Assembly (NCBI GenBank): GCA_041652815.1
Contig: JBAZGN010000001.1
Coordinates: 509,855 to 573,854, forward strand
Direction of reading: 5' to 3'
DNA: 64,000 nt
Origin: Candidatus Omnitrophota bacterium
GTDB lineage: Bacteria > Omnitrophota > Gorgyraeia > Duberdicusellales > 4484-171
A model generated the notes under the pieces. The model saw only the letters and a list, made by a program, of their open reading frames with translations, had not been told where the DNA came from and ran no database searches. The translations under genes were made by a program, and so were the position numbers. The first letter of the stretch is position 1; the number at the start of each line of letters is the position of its first letter. Shown here piece by piece: positions 39,076 through 48,741 of this stretch.

Positions 39076-40284
39076 ATGCTTATCAGAAAACTTAATTATC
39101 TTAGCGAGTTTTTTCTCTGGATACTGGCATTTGGCATAACTTTGGCAAACGCCCCGACAGAAGTAAGCTCCTATTTTTTAATTGCTATTTTTTTAATAAA
39201 AATAATTATTTCAAGGGATACGAAATTTCTGCATTCCTTGATAGGTATATTATTCAGTTTGTTTTTTATCGTTGTGCTCATCTCTGCTATTTGCAGCCAA
39301 TATCCCGGTGAAAGCTGGAGAGGTTTTTCCAGAGTTCCAAAATATATTTTTCTGTTTTTTGCTTTATTGAGCCTTTTTAGTAGTGATAAAAAAATAATGT
39401 CACGTTTTTTCTGGGTAGTGATAGCTGCTTCAGCCATCACATTTTTAAACGGCATTTTCCAGAATATTTTTGGCTTTGATTTTTTCAGGCACAATTCCGT
39501 AAACTATTTGGATTATCTTCACCGAATACAATCTTCATTCATCGATGCAAACGATTTTGGCGCATATATAATTTCGGTTCTTCCCCTGACATTTTTATTT
39601 TTAAACCGTGGTTTTTCCAAAGCAAAACGTATTATGCTTTTTGTCGTTTGCTTATTGGGATTTTACTGCCTGATTAGAACTTCTTCCCGCGGTGCATGGT
39701 TGGGTTTTTTAGCGGGAATAAGTTTTTATTTTTTTGTCTATAATAAAAAAATTGCAATTGCCATACCAGTACTTGTTATCTTATTGCTGATAATAACGCC
39801 AAAAGGGCTTGACCGTGTTACCGGGCTTTTTAAGCAAGAAAAAAATACCGTCTGGGAAAGAACAGTCCTGTGGAAGTCTGCCTGGGGCATGATAAAAGAG
39901 CGGCCGGTGTTGGGACAAGGCGTAAATACCTTTTCTGAATATTTCCCAAAATACAAACCCGCTGATTATCCAGACCTTCGTTATGCGCACAATTCTTATC
40001 TGCAGATGTGGTCAGAAATTGGTATTGTAGGGCTATTGTTGTTTTTAAGCATCCCATTGGCTATACTAATTAGAACATTGCGCGGCATAAAGATAAAGGC
40101 AACCAAAGGTCCTTACGGCCTTATGCTGCTTGGTTTAATTGCGGGGTATACAGGATTTTTGGTGCACAGCATTTTCGATAACAACTTATTTTCCCTTATG
40201 CTTACTACTCTTTTTTGGGTAATGAGCGCTTATATTATTGCATTGAATAAAACATTTGCTAAGGAGCTATATGCCGAAAAATAA
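39076..40284 (+). CDS. O-antigen ligase / polymerase family protein (Wzy_C domain; WaaL-like)
   Basis: 10-12 transmembrane helices, and SRGAWLGFLAG...ERPVLGQGVNTF...AHNSYLQMWSEIGIVG. Confidence 0.75.
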   Translation: MLIRKLNYLSEFFLWILAFGITLANAPTEVSSYFLIAIFLIKIIISRDTKFLHSLIGILFSLFFIVVLISAICSQYPGESWRGFSRVPKYIFLFFALLSLFSSDKKIMSRFFWVVIAASAITFLNGIFQNIFGFDFFRHNSVNYLDYLHRIQSSFIDANDFGAYIISVLPLTFLFLNRGFSKAKRIMLFVVCLLGFYCLIRTSSRGAWLGFLAGISFYFFVYNKKIAIAIPVLVILLLIITPKGLDRVTGLFKQEKNTVWERTVLWKSAWGMIKERPVLGQGVNTFSEYFPKYKPADYPDLRYAHNSYLQMWSEIGIVGLLLFLSIPLAILIRTLRGIKIKATKGPYGLMLLGLIAGYTGFLVHSIFDNNLFSLMLTTLFWVMSAYIIALNKTFAKELYAEK

Positions 40285-41059
40285 AAATTATACGATAGCT
40301 GTCACTATTCCTTCAAAAAATTCAGAAAAAAAGATTGCAAACTGCTTAGCTTCAATTAAGGACTGGGCAGATGAAATAATAGTTTTGGATAGCGAAAGTA
40401 TTGATAAGACTGTTGAAATTGCTAAAAGTTTCGGCGCCAAAGTATTTGTTCATCCCTTTTTGGGCAGTTGGGCAAAAGAAAGAAATTTCGGAGCCGAACA
40501 GGCAAACAGCAATTGGATACTTTCATTAGATACAGATGAGGTGGTGAGTGAAGATTTTAAGAAAAAATGCGATGATGTCCTGCCTAATACAAAATGCGCC
40601 GCATTTAAATTCTGGAGAAAAAATTTCTTTTTAGGCCACCCTTTTCGTTACGGTGGCTGGTACCATAAATCGCAGCATCTCTATAACAAAAAATTTGCAC
40701 ACTATGAAGGCATGTTGCATGAAAAATATATAGTAAATGGAGAGGTTGGAGATTTAGATGCAGAGGTTTTACATTATCCTTTTGACAGTATATCAGAATT
40801 TATCGAACGGCAGAACCGTTATACCAGCATACAGGCGATAGAAATCATCGCCGAGGAAAAAGACCTGGATATTAAAAAAATAAAATATAATCTTACCTGG
40901 AAACCGCTAAAACTATTTAAGAAAATGTATTTTAACAAAAAAGGCTACAAAGAAGGAATGCACGGTTTGGTCTTTTCGATTCTTTTTTCCTGGGTGCATT
41001 TCGTAAAATGGGCTAAAGTGTGGGAAATATATAATAATTCAGACCAAAAATCTAAGTAA
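40271..41059 (+). CDS. GT2 family glycosyltransferase (WaaE/KdtX-like LPS core transferase)
   Basis: IAVTIPSKNSEKKIANCLASIKDWADEIIVLDSESIDKT...LSLDTDE. ATG at 40271 follows an AAGGAG RBS; the track's 40256 start is a TTG. Confidence 0.75.
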   Translation: MPKNKNYTIAVTIPSKNSEKKIANCLASIKDWADEIIVLDSESIDKTVEIAKSFGAKVFVHPFLGSWAKERNFGAEQANSNWILSLDTDEVVSEDFKKKCDDVLPNTKCAAFKFWRKNFFLGHPFRYGGWYHKSQHLYNKKFAHYEGMLHEKYIVNGEVGDLDAEVLHYPFDSISEFIERQNRYTSIQAIEIIAEEKDLDIKKIKYNLTWKPLKLFKKMYFNKKGYKEGMHGLVFSILFSWVHFVKWAKVWEIYNNSDQKSK

Positions 41060-41295
41060 AACTCTAAACCCGAAATCCTAAACCCTAAACAATCCACGAG
41101 CCAGAACAAAGTTCGGTTCGGGGTTGCCCAGAATCGAATTTATTCTGGTTCTGGGTAAAATCGAAACTACAAATCACAAACCCTAAACGTTTCGAGTTTG
41201 GAGTTTCGTGTTTGTGATTTGTTTAGAGTTTTCCGCCAGAGGCGGATCCGCCTTATTTTTTTAAGGTGGCGGACGAGTTTAGTGTTTAGAGTTTT
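41059..41295. repeat. MITE-like element, copy B (TIRs AAACTCTAAAC / GTTTAGAGTTT; CTAAAC heptad repeats; internal stem ACAAATCACAAAC/GTTTGTGATTTGT; GC core; ~70-nt nested palindromic insert at 41091-41160)
   Basis: Aligns base-for-base with 58036-58205 apart from the insert. The left TIR supplies the TAA stop of the upstream GT2 gene. Confidence 0.7.
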
Positions 41296-41318
41296 AATGA
41301 GGCCTAATTTAGCAAGCT

Positions 41319-42461
41319 ATGTTTAAAAAAATACTTATCGTAAGAATAGGAAATATCGGCGATGTCTTATTCGCGACTCCGGTTATACGGAAACTGAGAA
41401 AAGTTTTTGGTAATGCCCAAATAGACATTTTAACATCCCCCCAGGGCAAGGTTGTGGTAGAAAAGAGCCCTTATTTAAATAATATATTTATTTACAGGAA
41501 ATTCCATAAAATAGAACGCTGGTTTAAAAAAAGAAAACTGCTTAAGGGGTTATTATTAAATAAATATGATTTATGCGTTGTGCTTGAGTCTAATCTTGAA
41601 TATACAAAGTTTGCTTATGAAATATCCAGGCATGCCTTGCGCATCGGCATAGATAGTGAGTTTGGAAAAAAGTTCTTGCACAAAACAGAAGAATTTTCCC
41701 GTAAGCGCCATGCTGTAGAAAATTATCTCTCTGTTGTTTCAAAATTATTAAATATTGAGCTTGCAGGCGACGATTATTCCATGGATTTTTTCTTTACCCC
41801 GTTAGAGAAAGCCGCCGACAGAGTTGGCGATGGCTATCAAGACGAAGATAACGGCTTAAAACTACTATCGAGCAGAAGTTCTCTAACGGGGTTTACTACC
41901 TGTGCCGATAGTGGAAATTTAGGTAAAGAAAAAGGAAAAGGTTTTTTTATTGTTCATTCTTCCTGCAGCAGTTATCTTCCAAGTAAAAGCTGGGAGATTG
42001 ACAAATTTGCAGAGGTCGCTAAATATCTAACTATCCACGGTTTCAGCGTATTTATCACCGGTGCAATCTCTGATTGCGAGCCGAAATTACTTCTTGAGAA
42101 ATTAAAAAATGAAAAAAATATTCATAGTTTTATCGGCAAGAACCTATATGAAGTAGCCTCTCTTATAAAGCAAGCCAAAGGGGTCATTTGCTTAGATACA
42201 GGCATTCTTCATATAACCCGTGCCCTGAATAAACCCCTTGTTTGTTTGTTTGGCCCTTCTGACCCGCTTCACACCGGCCCAATCGGCCCGGGAATATATA
42301 AAGTAATTAGAAAAGATTTTCGCTGCGGGCCGTGCCAATATTTTGCCGATTATAATAAAAAACAAAAAGAGAAATGTTTGGATGGAAAAATTACTCCCTG
42401 CATGAAAGCGATAGAGGTAGAGGAGGTAATAAAGAGCCTTAATAGTATAATTGATGGATAA
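41319..42461 (+). CDS. GT9 family glycosyltransferase (heptosyltransferase-like)
   Basis: ILIVRIGNIGDVLFATPVIR...FFIVHSSCSSYLPSKSW...CLDTGILHI. Confidence 0.75.
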   Translation: MFKKILIVRIGNIGDVLFATPVIRKLRKVFGNAQIDILTSPQGKVVVEKSPYLNNIFIYRKFHKIERWFKKRKLLKGLLLNKYDLCVVLESNLEYTKFAYEISRHALRIGIDSEFGKKFLHKTEEFSRKRHAVENYLSVVSKLLNIELAGDDYSMDFFFTPLEKAADRVGDGYQDEDNGLKLLSSRSSLTGFTTCADSGNLGKEKGKGFFIVHSSCSSYLPSKSWEIDKFAEVAKYLTIHGFSVFITGAISDCEPKLLLEKLKNEKNIHSFIGKNLYEVASLIKQAKGVICLDTGILHITRALNKPLVCLFGPSDPLHTGPIGPGIYKVIRKDFRCGPCQYFADYNKKQKEKCLDGKITPCMKAIEVEEVIKSLNSIIDG

Positions 42462-43428
42462 TAAAGAGATAAAAAAAATTTTCTTCATCCGTTCAGACCG
42501 GCTGGGCGAATTCCTTTTGAGCCTTTATGCGATTAAACTTGTAAAGTTAAATTACCCTGACAGCAAGGTATATCTTTTGGCTAAAAAAGATAATATTGAG
42601 CTGATTAAAGGAGTTGATTTTGTAGATTGTTTTTTGGAATATGAAAATAACGCTTTTGCCGGTTATAAAGGCGCATTTAATTTAAGCGGCATTCTAAGGA
42701 AAGAAAAAATAGATTGTGTAATTTCGCTTAATCCAAAAAAAGAATTTCATCTTGCTTCATTTTTGTCAGGCACACCTTTAAGGCTCGGTTATGACAGAAA
42801 ATGGGGATTTTGTTTGAACCGAAAAATAAAAGACGAAAAATATTTAGCCCAAAAACATGAAGCAGAATATAATTTTAATTTAGTAAAGCTGATATGCAAA
42901 AATGTTTTTACGCCTTCTTTGGATTTTCCCGTAGATGAACCTAACACGTTACATATGCTGGCAGAACATTTTAACTTATCGCAAAAATATATTGTCATAC
43001 ACCCGTTTAGTTCCAATCCTTTAAAAAAAATAGAGGATAATTTCTGGGAGAACCTTGTTTCAGCCTTAAAAGAAAAATGTACCGGTAACATTGTCCTTAT
43101 AGGTTCAAAAGAAGAGAGGCCTGAGAGTGAAAAACTGGCAGAAAAATTAAATGTAAAAAATATTACCGGAAATTTATCATTGAGGAATTTAGCCTCTTTT
43201 TTAAAACATAACTGCGCTTTATTCATCGGCCTTGATTCAGGGCCAATGCATTTAGCAAGTATTTTTAAAAAACCCGTTGTAGGGTTATTTAAAATATCAA
43301 GTTCAAGAAGATGGGGGCCGTTTAATACGCAATCTTTAATCTTAGAAAGTACCGATTTATCTGCGTTTTTGGCAAAAATCGAGGATATCCTTAAATTTGC
43401 TTGCGCAAACGCCGCAGGTAAAATATAA
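42454..43428 (+). CDS. GT9 family glycosyltransferase (heptosyltransferase-like)
   Basis: IFFIRSDRLGEFLLSLYAIKLVK...GLDSGPMHLASIFKKPVVGLF. ATG at 42454; the track's 42451 start is a TTG. Confidence 0.75.
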   Translation: MDNKEIKKIFFIRSDRLGEFLLSLYAIKLVKLNYPDSKVYLLAKKDNIELIKGVDFVDCFLEYENNAFAGYKGAFNLSGILRKEKIDCVISLNPKKEFHLASFLSGTPLRLGYDRKWGFCLNRKIKDEKYLAQKHEAEYNFNLVKLICKNVFTPSLDFPVDEPNTLHMLAEHFNLSQKYIVIHPFSSNPLKKIEDNFWENLVSALKEKCTGNIVLIGSKEERPESEKLAEKLNVKNITGNLSLRNLASFLKHNCALFIGLDSGPMHLASIFKKPVVGLFKISSSRRWGPFNTQSLILESTDLSAFLAKIEDILKFACANAAGKI

Positions 43429-43433
43429 TCATC

Positions 43434-43547
43434 TAAACGCGAATTATCGCGAATGTATACCTTTGTAAAATATTAAAGTATAAACGCTAATTTACGCGAA
43501 TGAATCTATTCGCGGCCATTCGCGTTTGATTAGCGAGAATCAGCGTT
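43434..43547. repeat. CGCGAAT-box intergenic element, copy R1 (contains the perfect IR CGCGAAT-gaatct-ATTCGCG at 43495-43514)
   Basis: Spans exactly from the upstream TAA to the ATG of the 43548 gene. The same ~120-nt pattern is at 54096-54221 and 61081-61259. Confidence 0.65.
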
Positions 43548-44345
43548 ATGAATAAAACAAAATTATCAATTGTGATACTTGCCAAAAATGAAGAAACAAG
43601 GATAAAAGACTGCCTTTCTTCAGTTGTTGGCTGGGCGGATGAAGTAATTGTAATCGATGATGAAAGTACGGATAGAACAGTTGCTATAGCCACGGAATTG
43701 GGTGCTAAGGTGTTTATTAAAAAAATGGATATCGAAGGCGCTCACCGTAACTGGGCATATGCAAAAGCAGCCAATGAGTGGATTTTAAGCCTTGATGCTG
43801 ATGAAAGGCCAACTGATGAATTAAAAGAAGAAATCAGTGCGCTTTTACCTACCAATCCCGCTCAAAGTGCCTTTACAATACCCAGAAGGAATTTTATCGG
43901 TGATTACTGGCTACGCTTCGGCGGACAATATCCAAGTGCCCAGCTTAAATTATTTAAAAAAAGTAAATTTAAATGGGAAGAGGTTGAAGTGCATCCGCGC
44001 CCTGAGCTGGATGGAGAATGCGGCCATCTTGCAAAAGACCTCATACATTATACCTATAGAGATTGGGCTGATTTTTTAAAAAAACTGAATAATCAAACCA
44101 GCCTAGAAGCTACAAAATGGTATAAACTTTCCCTGGAGAATCCTAAAAAAGCGCAATATAAGATGAATACTTTCCACGCTCTGTGGAGGACATTGGACAG
44201 ATTTATCCGCACCTATTTTGCCAAAAAAGGCCACCGTGACGGTTTTAATGGTTTTATGATTGCCTATTTTGCTTCGCTTTATCAAATAGTCAGTTACGCA
44301 AAATACCGTGAACTTAAGAATAAAGATAAATCGAAACACGATTGA
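43548..44345 (+). CDS. GT2 family glycosyltransferase (WaaE/KdtX-like; paralog of 40271-41059)
   Basis: LSIVILAKNEETRIKDCLSSVVGWADEVIVIDDESTDRT...LSLDADE. Confidence 0.75.
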   Translation: MNKTKLSIVILAKNEETRIKDCLSSVVGWADEVIVIDDESTDRTVAIATELGAKVFIKKMDIEGAHRNWAYAKAANEWILSLDADERPTDELKEEISALLPTNPAQSAFTIPRRNFIGDYWLRFGGQYPSAQLKLFKKSKFKWEEVEVHPRPELDGECGHLAKDLIHYTYRDWADFLKKLNNQTSLEATKWYKLSLENPKKAQYKMNTFHALWRTLDRFIRTYFAKKGHRDGFNGFMIAYFASLYQIVSYAKYRELKNKDKSKHD

Positions 44346-44478
44346 AACACAGTAGAAATACAATGGAAATACGGTAGAAATACAATTGTATTTCTATGTA
44401 TTTCACGAGCGAAGCGAGCATATTTCAACCGTATTTCTATTACATCTAAATCGCGCTTTACTTTAATCAACAAAAATA

Positions 44479-45696
44479 ATGTCTAAAAGGCGAATTATAA
44501 TTACCGGTTTGATAGCAATAATTTTTATTGCGCTCTTCTTCAGGTATGCTCATCGCGCCCCAAAGCGGCATTACTGCGATTTCAGGGTTTATTACAATAC
44601 CGCCCAAAGGTTTCTTGCCAAGGAAAATATTTACAGCCGTCCGGATGAAAGTATTACTCCTTTTAAATATTCAGCAGTTTTTGCGCTAATTACTTCACCG
44701 CTTGCGGTAGTATCCCAAAAACAGGCAAGCCTGATATTTTTCACTATAAGTTTTCTTCTGCTTATTCTTACATGCGTGCTTTCCAAGAAAATGATCGTAG
44801 AGCGGAATTTAAGCCCGGGGCAAAATTTCATAATTTATTTTTTCCCGGTATTTTTCAGCTCGCGTTTTATCTTCGCCGTTCTCGATTCCGGGCAGGTTAA
44901 CATAATGATATTTGCGTTAATAATTGCGGGGCTCTATTTATCGCAAAAGGAAAGAGACATTTCAGCCGCAGCATTGATTGCCTTGTCAGTTATGTTTAAA
45001 TATACGTCAATAATATTCTTGCCCTATTTTTTAATCCGCAGAAAGATAAAATTATCAATATTTATGATTTTATTTATGTTGTTTTATTGTTTTATTCCCG
45101 CAGCCTATGTAGGGATAAATACGAATTCGCAGTATCTTAAAAACTGGCTGCCATTTATAACAGAAACCTCTTTGGATAAAGGCTCGTGGTATGATGCGAA
45201 GAATCAGTCGCTTTATTCCTTTATCTTGCGTACATTTAGCGCGGATTCTTCCTTTAACCCCATAGCTCAATTAACCTTTATGCAGGCACTTGCCATTTCT
45301 GCAGCAATTGGAATGCTTATCTATCTTTTAATAATAGTTAAAAAGAAAAATAACGAGACAAAAGTTATTGATTATGCTCTTTTATTCCTATGTACGGCGT
45401 TGTTTAACCCAAATGCCTGGCTGGTAAATTTCGTAATTTTTGTTTTTGCATACATGGTAATTATCCGCCACCTGTTAACTGTAAAGTTTAAAGATAAAAT
45501 TACTTTAATTTTTATGGTGTTGTCTTTTATTTCTTCAAGCTGGGCAGCGGAATCTGTTGTTGGGGATAATTTGCAAAAATTCTTTGAATCGCTTTCAACA
45601 GTAACAATTGCAGCGCTTATTTTAGTGGTTATATTGTTATATTTAAAATTTAGTAGAGGAATAACCAAGTTCCAAGATACAATAACCAAACAATAA
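44479..45696 (+). CDS. DUF2029 / GT87-like polytopic membrane glycosyltransferase
   Basis: N-terminal DFRVYYNTAQRFLAKENIYS...PFKYSAVFALITSPL is typical of GT87/DUF2029 mannosyltransferase-like proteins. Confidence 0.5.
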   Translation: MSKRRIIITGLIAIIFIALFFRYAHRAPKRHYCDFRVYYNTAQRFLAKENIYSRPDESITPFKYSAVFALITSPLAVVSQKQASLIFFTISFLLLILTCVLSKKMIVERNLSPGQNFIIYFFPVFFSSRFIFAVLDSGQVNIMIFALIIAGLYLSQKERDISAAALIALSVMFKYTSIIFLPYFLIRRKIKLSIFMILFMLFYCFIPAAYVGINTNSQYLKNWLPFITETSLDKGSWYDAKNQSLYSFILRTFSADSSFNPIAQLTFMQALAISAAIGMLIYLLIIVKKKNNETKVIDYALLFLCTALFNPNAWLVNFVIFVFAYMVIIRHLLTVKFKDKITLIFMVLSFISSSWAAESVVGDNLQKFFESLSTVTIAALILVVILLYLKFSRGITKFQDTITKQ

Positions 45697-45871
45697 TCAA
45701 TAACCAAATTCTAATAACCAAACGGAAAAATCGATGGAATTGTTTGGTGATTGGTTATTGGAATTTGTTTGTATCTTGTATCTTGGTCATTGGTTATTTT
45801 ATGGGGTAATCCATACAACGAAGCAGTGTCGTAAACTATAAATTTCGTAATTCACGCGAGGTAGCGCAAGA

Positions 45872-47236
45872 ATGGACCAACAGAACTTCGGATTTTTAAA
45901 AACAGAAAAGGTTTACAGTATCTTTGAGTTGAATAATACCGTCAAAAAACTCATCCGTATGGATTTTCCTGACTATGTGTGGGTATGCGGCGAAATACAG
46001 GATTTACGCGACAGAGGCACTATAAATTTAAATCTTGTGCAAAAACATCCCGAGGCGAATGAAATAATGGCACAGGCTAATGCGGTTATTTTTGAAAATG
46101 TAAAACCGCAGATAACAAAGCGTATAGCAGAAACAAACGGAGCTTTTGAATTAAAGAAAGACATTGAAGTAAAACTGCTCTGTAAAGTTGATTTATATGT
46201 AAAGACAGGCAAATTCAGCCTGACTGTTTTTGATATCGATACTGTTTATACTTTGGGGAAAATGGCGGCATCCCGGCAAAGGATAATTGAAGAATTAAGG
46301 GCCAAGGGATTGCTTGAACGTAATAAGCTTATTCCAATGGCGCAAATTCCTTTAAAGGTAGGCCTTATAACTGCGCCTGATTCTGCCGCGTATCATGACG
46401 TGCTTGATGAGTTTAAAAAAAGTAAATATGGATTTAAAATATTTATATACAGCTGTTACATGCAAGGTAAATTAGTAGAAAGTGATGTAACCGCCGCGCT
46501 TAATTTCTTTAATAATTTATCACGAGATGAGCTTGATGTAATTATGATTGCAAGAGGCGGCGGCTCAACCGCAGATTTAAGCTGGTTTGACAATAAAAAA
46601 ATTGCCGAAACCGTAGCCATGCTGAAATTTCCTCTAATATCTGCCATAGGCCATGAGATAAATACAAGTATTACCGATATGGTTGCGCATACTTTTGTTA
46701 AAACTCCCACCAAGGGAGCTCAATTTATAATTGAAAGGGTGAAAGAATTTATCAATTCTCTGGAGGATATTGAACAAAGGATTGGGTTAGGAGTGAAAGA
46801 TTTTCTTGAGAATAGCAACAATCAACTGGCAATGTTAACCTCTAAATGCGATTCCGGTGCCAGCCGCTATTTTCAATTTCATAAAGAAGAGCTTTCATCG
46901 AAGAAAGCTAATATTAGTAATTTCACAAAAAAGTTTTTAAGTATGCGCCGGCAAGAGCTTTTAGGAAGTTACGATATTTTTAAATTAAAATTAAATACAC
47001 TTTTATCCGATTCACGTGATAGCATGAAGCATGCAGAAAGTAAGGTCCGGCTGCTTGATCCTAAAAATGTTTTAAAAAGAGGTTATTCCATAACCTTCAA
47101 GGATTCAAAGCCTATAAAATCTATTGACGATATAAATGAAAATGATATCATAAAAACCGTCCTTTATGAAGGTAATATCATTTCTCGCGTAGAAGAAAAA
47201 CAAAAGGAAAATGAGCAAAAAAACAATAAAATATAA
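45872..47236 (+). CDS. xseA: Exodeoxyribonuclease VII large subunit
   Basis: OB-fold N-terminus (VWVCGEIQDL), and LKVGLITAPDSAAYHDV...RGGGSTADLSWFDN. Confidence 0.85.
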   Translation: MDQQNFGFLKTEKVYSIFELNNTVKKLIRMDFPDYVWVCGEIQDLRDRGTINLNLVQKHPEANEIMAQANAVIFENVKPQITKRIAETNGAFELKKDIEVKLLCKVDLYVKTGKFSLTVFDIDTVYTLGKMAASRQRIIEELRAKGLLERNKLIPMAQIPLKVGLITAPDSAAYHDVLDEFKKSKYGFKIFIYSCYMQGKLVESDVTAALNFFNNLSRDELDVIMIARGGGSTADLSWFDNKKIAETVAMLKFPLISAIGHEINTSITDMVAHTFVKTPTKGAQFIIERVKEFINSLEDIEQRIGLGVKDFLENSNNQLAMLTSKCDSGASRYFQFHKEELSSKKANISNFTKKFLSMRRQELLGSYDIFKLKLNTLLSDSRDSMKHAESKVRLLDPKNVLKRGYSITFKDSKPIKSIDDINENDIIKTVLYEGNIISRVEEKQKENEQKNNKI

Positions 47237-47438
47237 CGAGGCGATTAACGAATTAAACGGCATACTTTCCGACTTAGAATCGGAAAGGGTAGATGTTGAT
47301 GAGTTGACTACTCGGGTAAAAAGAGCAGTTGAACTTATTAAATTATGCCGCGAAAAGATTGAAGAAACAGAGCTTGAAGTCAGAAAGATAGTTAAAGAAT
47401 TTGACAAAGGCTCGGATAAGGAAGAAACCGCCAAGTAA
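47211..47438 (+). CDS. xseB: Exodeoxyribonuclease VII small subunit
   Basis: 75 aa; YNEAINELNGILSDLESERVDVDELTTRVKRAVELIKLCREKIE. Overlaps xseA by 26 nt. Confidence 0.85.
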   Translation: MSKKTIKYNEAINELNGILSDLESERVDVDELTTRVKRAVELIKLCREKIEETELEVRKIVKEFDKGSDKEETAK

Positions 47439-47520
47439 ACTTCGAAAAGCTATCAGCTTTCGGCTTTCAGCTGCTGATAGCTTACGACTGATAGCTGAAA
47501 GCTTTCCCGGAGGTAATAAT

Positions 47521-48495
47521 ATGTTTAGTCTACGATTAAGAATGTCAATCCTGGTAATTATACTGTTTGCGATTCTTTATGCTATAGCATCGCTTATAAT
47601 GCATTATCTGGGTGTGCGAGGTTTCCTACCGCAAGTTTTACTCGCGGTTGGGATGATGCTTTTCCAATATCTGGTAGGCCCGAAAATTGTAGAGCTCTCG
47701 ATGCATGTAAAATATGTAAAAAAGGAAGATGTACCCTGGTTGTTTGAAATGGTTGAGGGTCTCTCCCGGCGGGCGAATGTTCCTATGCCCAAAATCGGGA
47801 TTGCCCATATAAACGTGCCGAATGCTTTTGCTTTCGGAAGAAGCCTGAAAGACGGAAGAATATGCGTTACCAAAGGTGTTCTGGACTTATTAAACAAAGA
47901 GGAACTGCGTGCTGTATTGGGCCATGAAATGACCCATCTAAAAAGCAGAGATGTTCTTTTTATCACTTTACTTTCGGTTGTACCGCTTATCTTATACTAT
48001 ATTTTTTTGCATTTCAGCCTTTATGGTTCGTATTCACGCAGGCGCGAAAGTGGAGGCTCCGCAGCTTTAATAGGTATTGCGGCATTCGTATTTTATTTCG
48101 TTACAAACCTTTTGGTTTTGTATGCTTCACGCATAAGAGAATATTTCGCGGATAAAGGTTCTTTAGATTTAGGAAACTCTCCGGCAAGCTTGGCAACAGC
48201 GCTCTACAAGCTTGTTTATGGCGCAGCCCGCCTTCCTAAAGAGAATTTACGCGAAATTGAAGGAGTGAAGGCTTTCTTTCTTAACGATTTATCCAAGGCA
48301 AAAAGCGAAATATCTGATTTGGCACAGCTTGATTTGGACAGAACAGGAACCATTGATCCTTATGAATTGCGTAGTTTAGCACAAAAGAAGATAAACTTAA
48401 GTTTTGCGGATAAGGCTATGGAGATTTTAAGCACCCATCCGAATATGCTAAAGCGCATAAAGCATCTTTCAGAGTATAACAAGGGGCAAGCTTAG
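47521..48495 (+). CDS. htpX: M48-family zinc metalloprotease HtpX
   Basis: HEMTHLKSRD (HExxH) and 4 transmembrane helices. ATG at 47521 follows a GGAGG RBS; the track's 47401 start is a TTG inside xseB. Confidence 0.8.
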   Translation: MFSLRLRMSILVIILFAILYAIASLIMHYLGVRGFLPQVLLAVGMMLFQYLVGPKIVELSMHVKYVKKEDVPWLFEMVEGLSRRANVPMPKIGIAHINVPNAFAFGRSLKDGRICVTKGVLDLLNKEELRAVLGHEMTHLKSRDVLFITLLSVVPLILYYIFLHFSLYGSYSRRRESGGSAALIGIAAFVFYFVTNLLVLYASRIREYFADKGSLDLGNSPASLATALYKLVYGAARLPKENLREIEGVKAFFLNDLSKAKSEISDLAQLDLDRTGTIDPYELRSLAQKKINLSFADKAMEILSTHPNMLKRIKHLSEYNKGQA

Positions 48496-48512
48496 GGGCA
48501 TATATTGGGCAT

Positions 48513-48545
48513 AGTGCAGTAAAATACCTGTTATTTTACTGCACT
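48513..48545 (+). terminator. Perfect 14-bp stem hairpin after htpX (AGTGCAGTAAAATA-cctgt-TATTTTACTGCACT); no U-tract
   Basis: The inverted repeat is directly visible in the sequence. The lack of a T-run makes intrinsic-terminator function uncertain. Confidence 0.4.
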
Positions 48546-48565
48546 GCCGTGTCCTAAAAAACTAA

Positions 48566-48594
48566 TTGACCCAAATTGGGATTTCTGCTATAAT
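48566..48594 (+). promoter_or_regulatory. Sigma70-type promoter TTGACC-17-TATAAT upstream of the rpsO leader
   Basis: ttgacc at 48566-48571 and tataat at 48589-48594, followed by a ~145-nt GC-rich structured leader (GGCCAAAGGCC hairpin, T-tract at 48683-48689). Confidence 0.5.
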
Positions 48595-48741
48595 CTATTT
48601 TAGCTAAAAGTTTCTGCCTACGCTAAACGGCTCCGGCAGACAGTCCAGCAGGCCAAAGGCCTAGTGGGTAAGCTTGCCTTCCCTTTTTTCAACAGAAGCC
48701 TAAGGGTTGACAGAAAAACAATAAAAAGGTATTATATTATT

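Noticed and set aside
38915-39139. 74-aa ORF in the GC-rich spacer, and similar short ORFs at 5681-5911, 36390-36617, 49135-49365, 50307-50510 and 60508-60768
   Set aside because: They are Arg/Cys-rich translations of GC-rich or repeat DNA, or out-of-frame overlaps of real genes. They have no start context or similarity to known proteins.
41059-41100. Telomere-like CCCTAAA repeats (aaaccctaaac) within the MITE arms
   Set aside because: Only 2-3 imperfect heptads are present. They are part of the CTAAAC-based arm of a bacterial repeat element, not a telomeric array.
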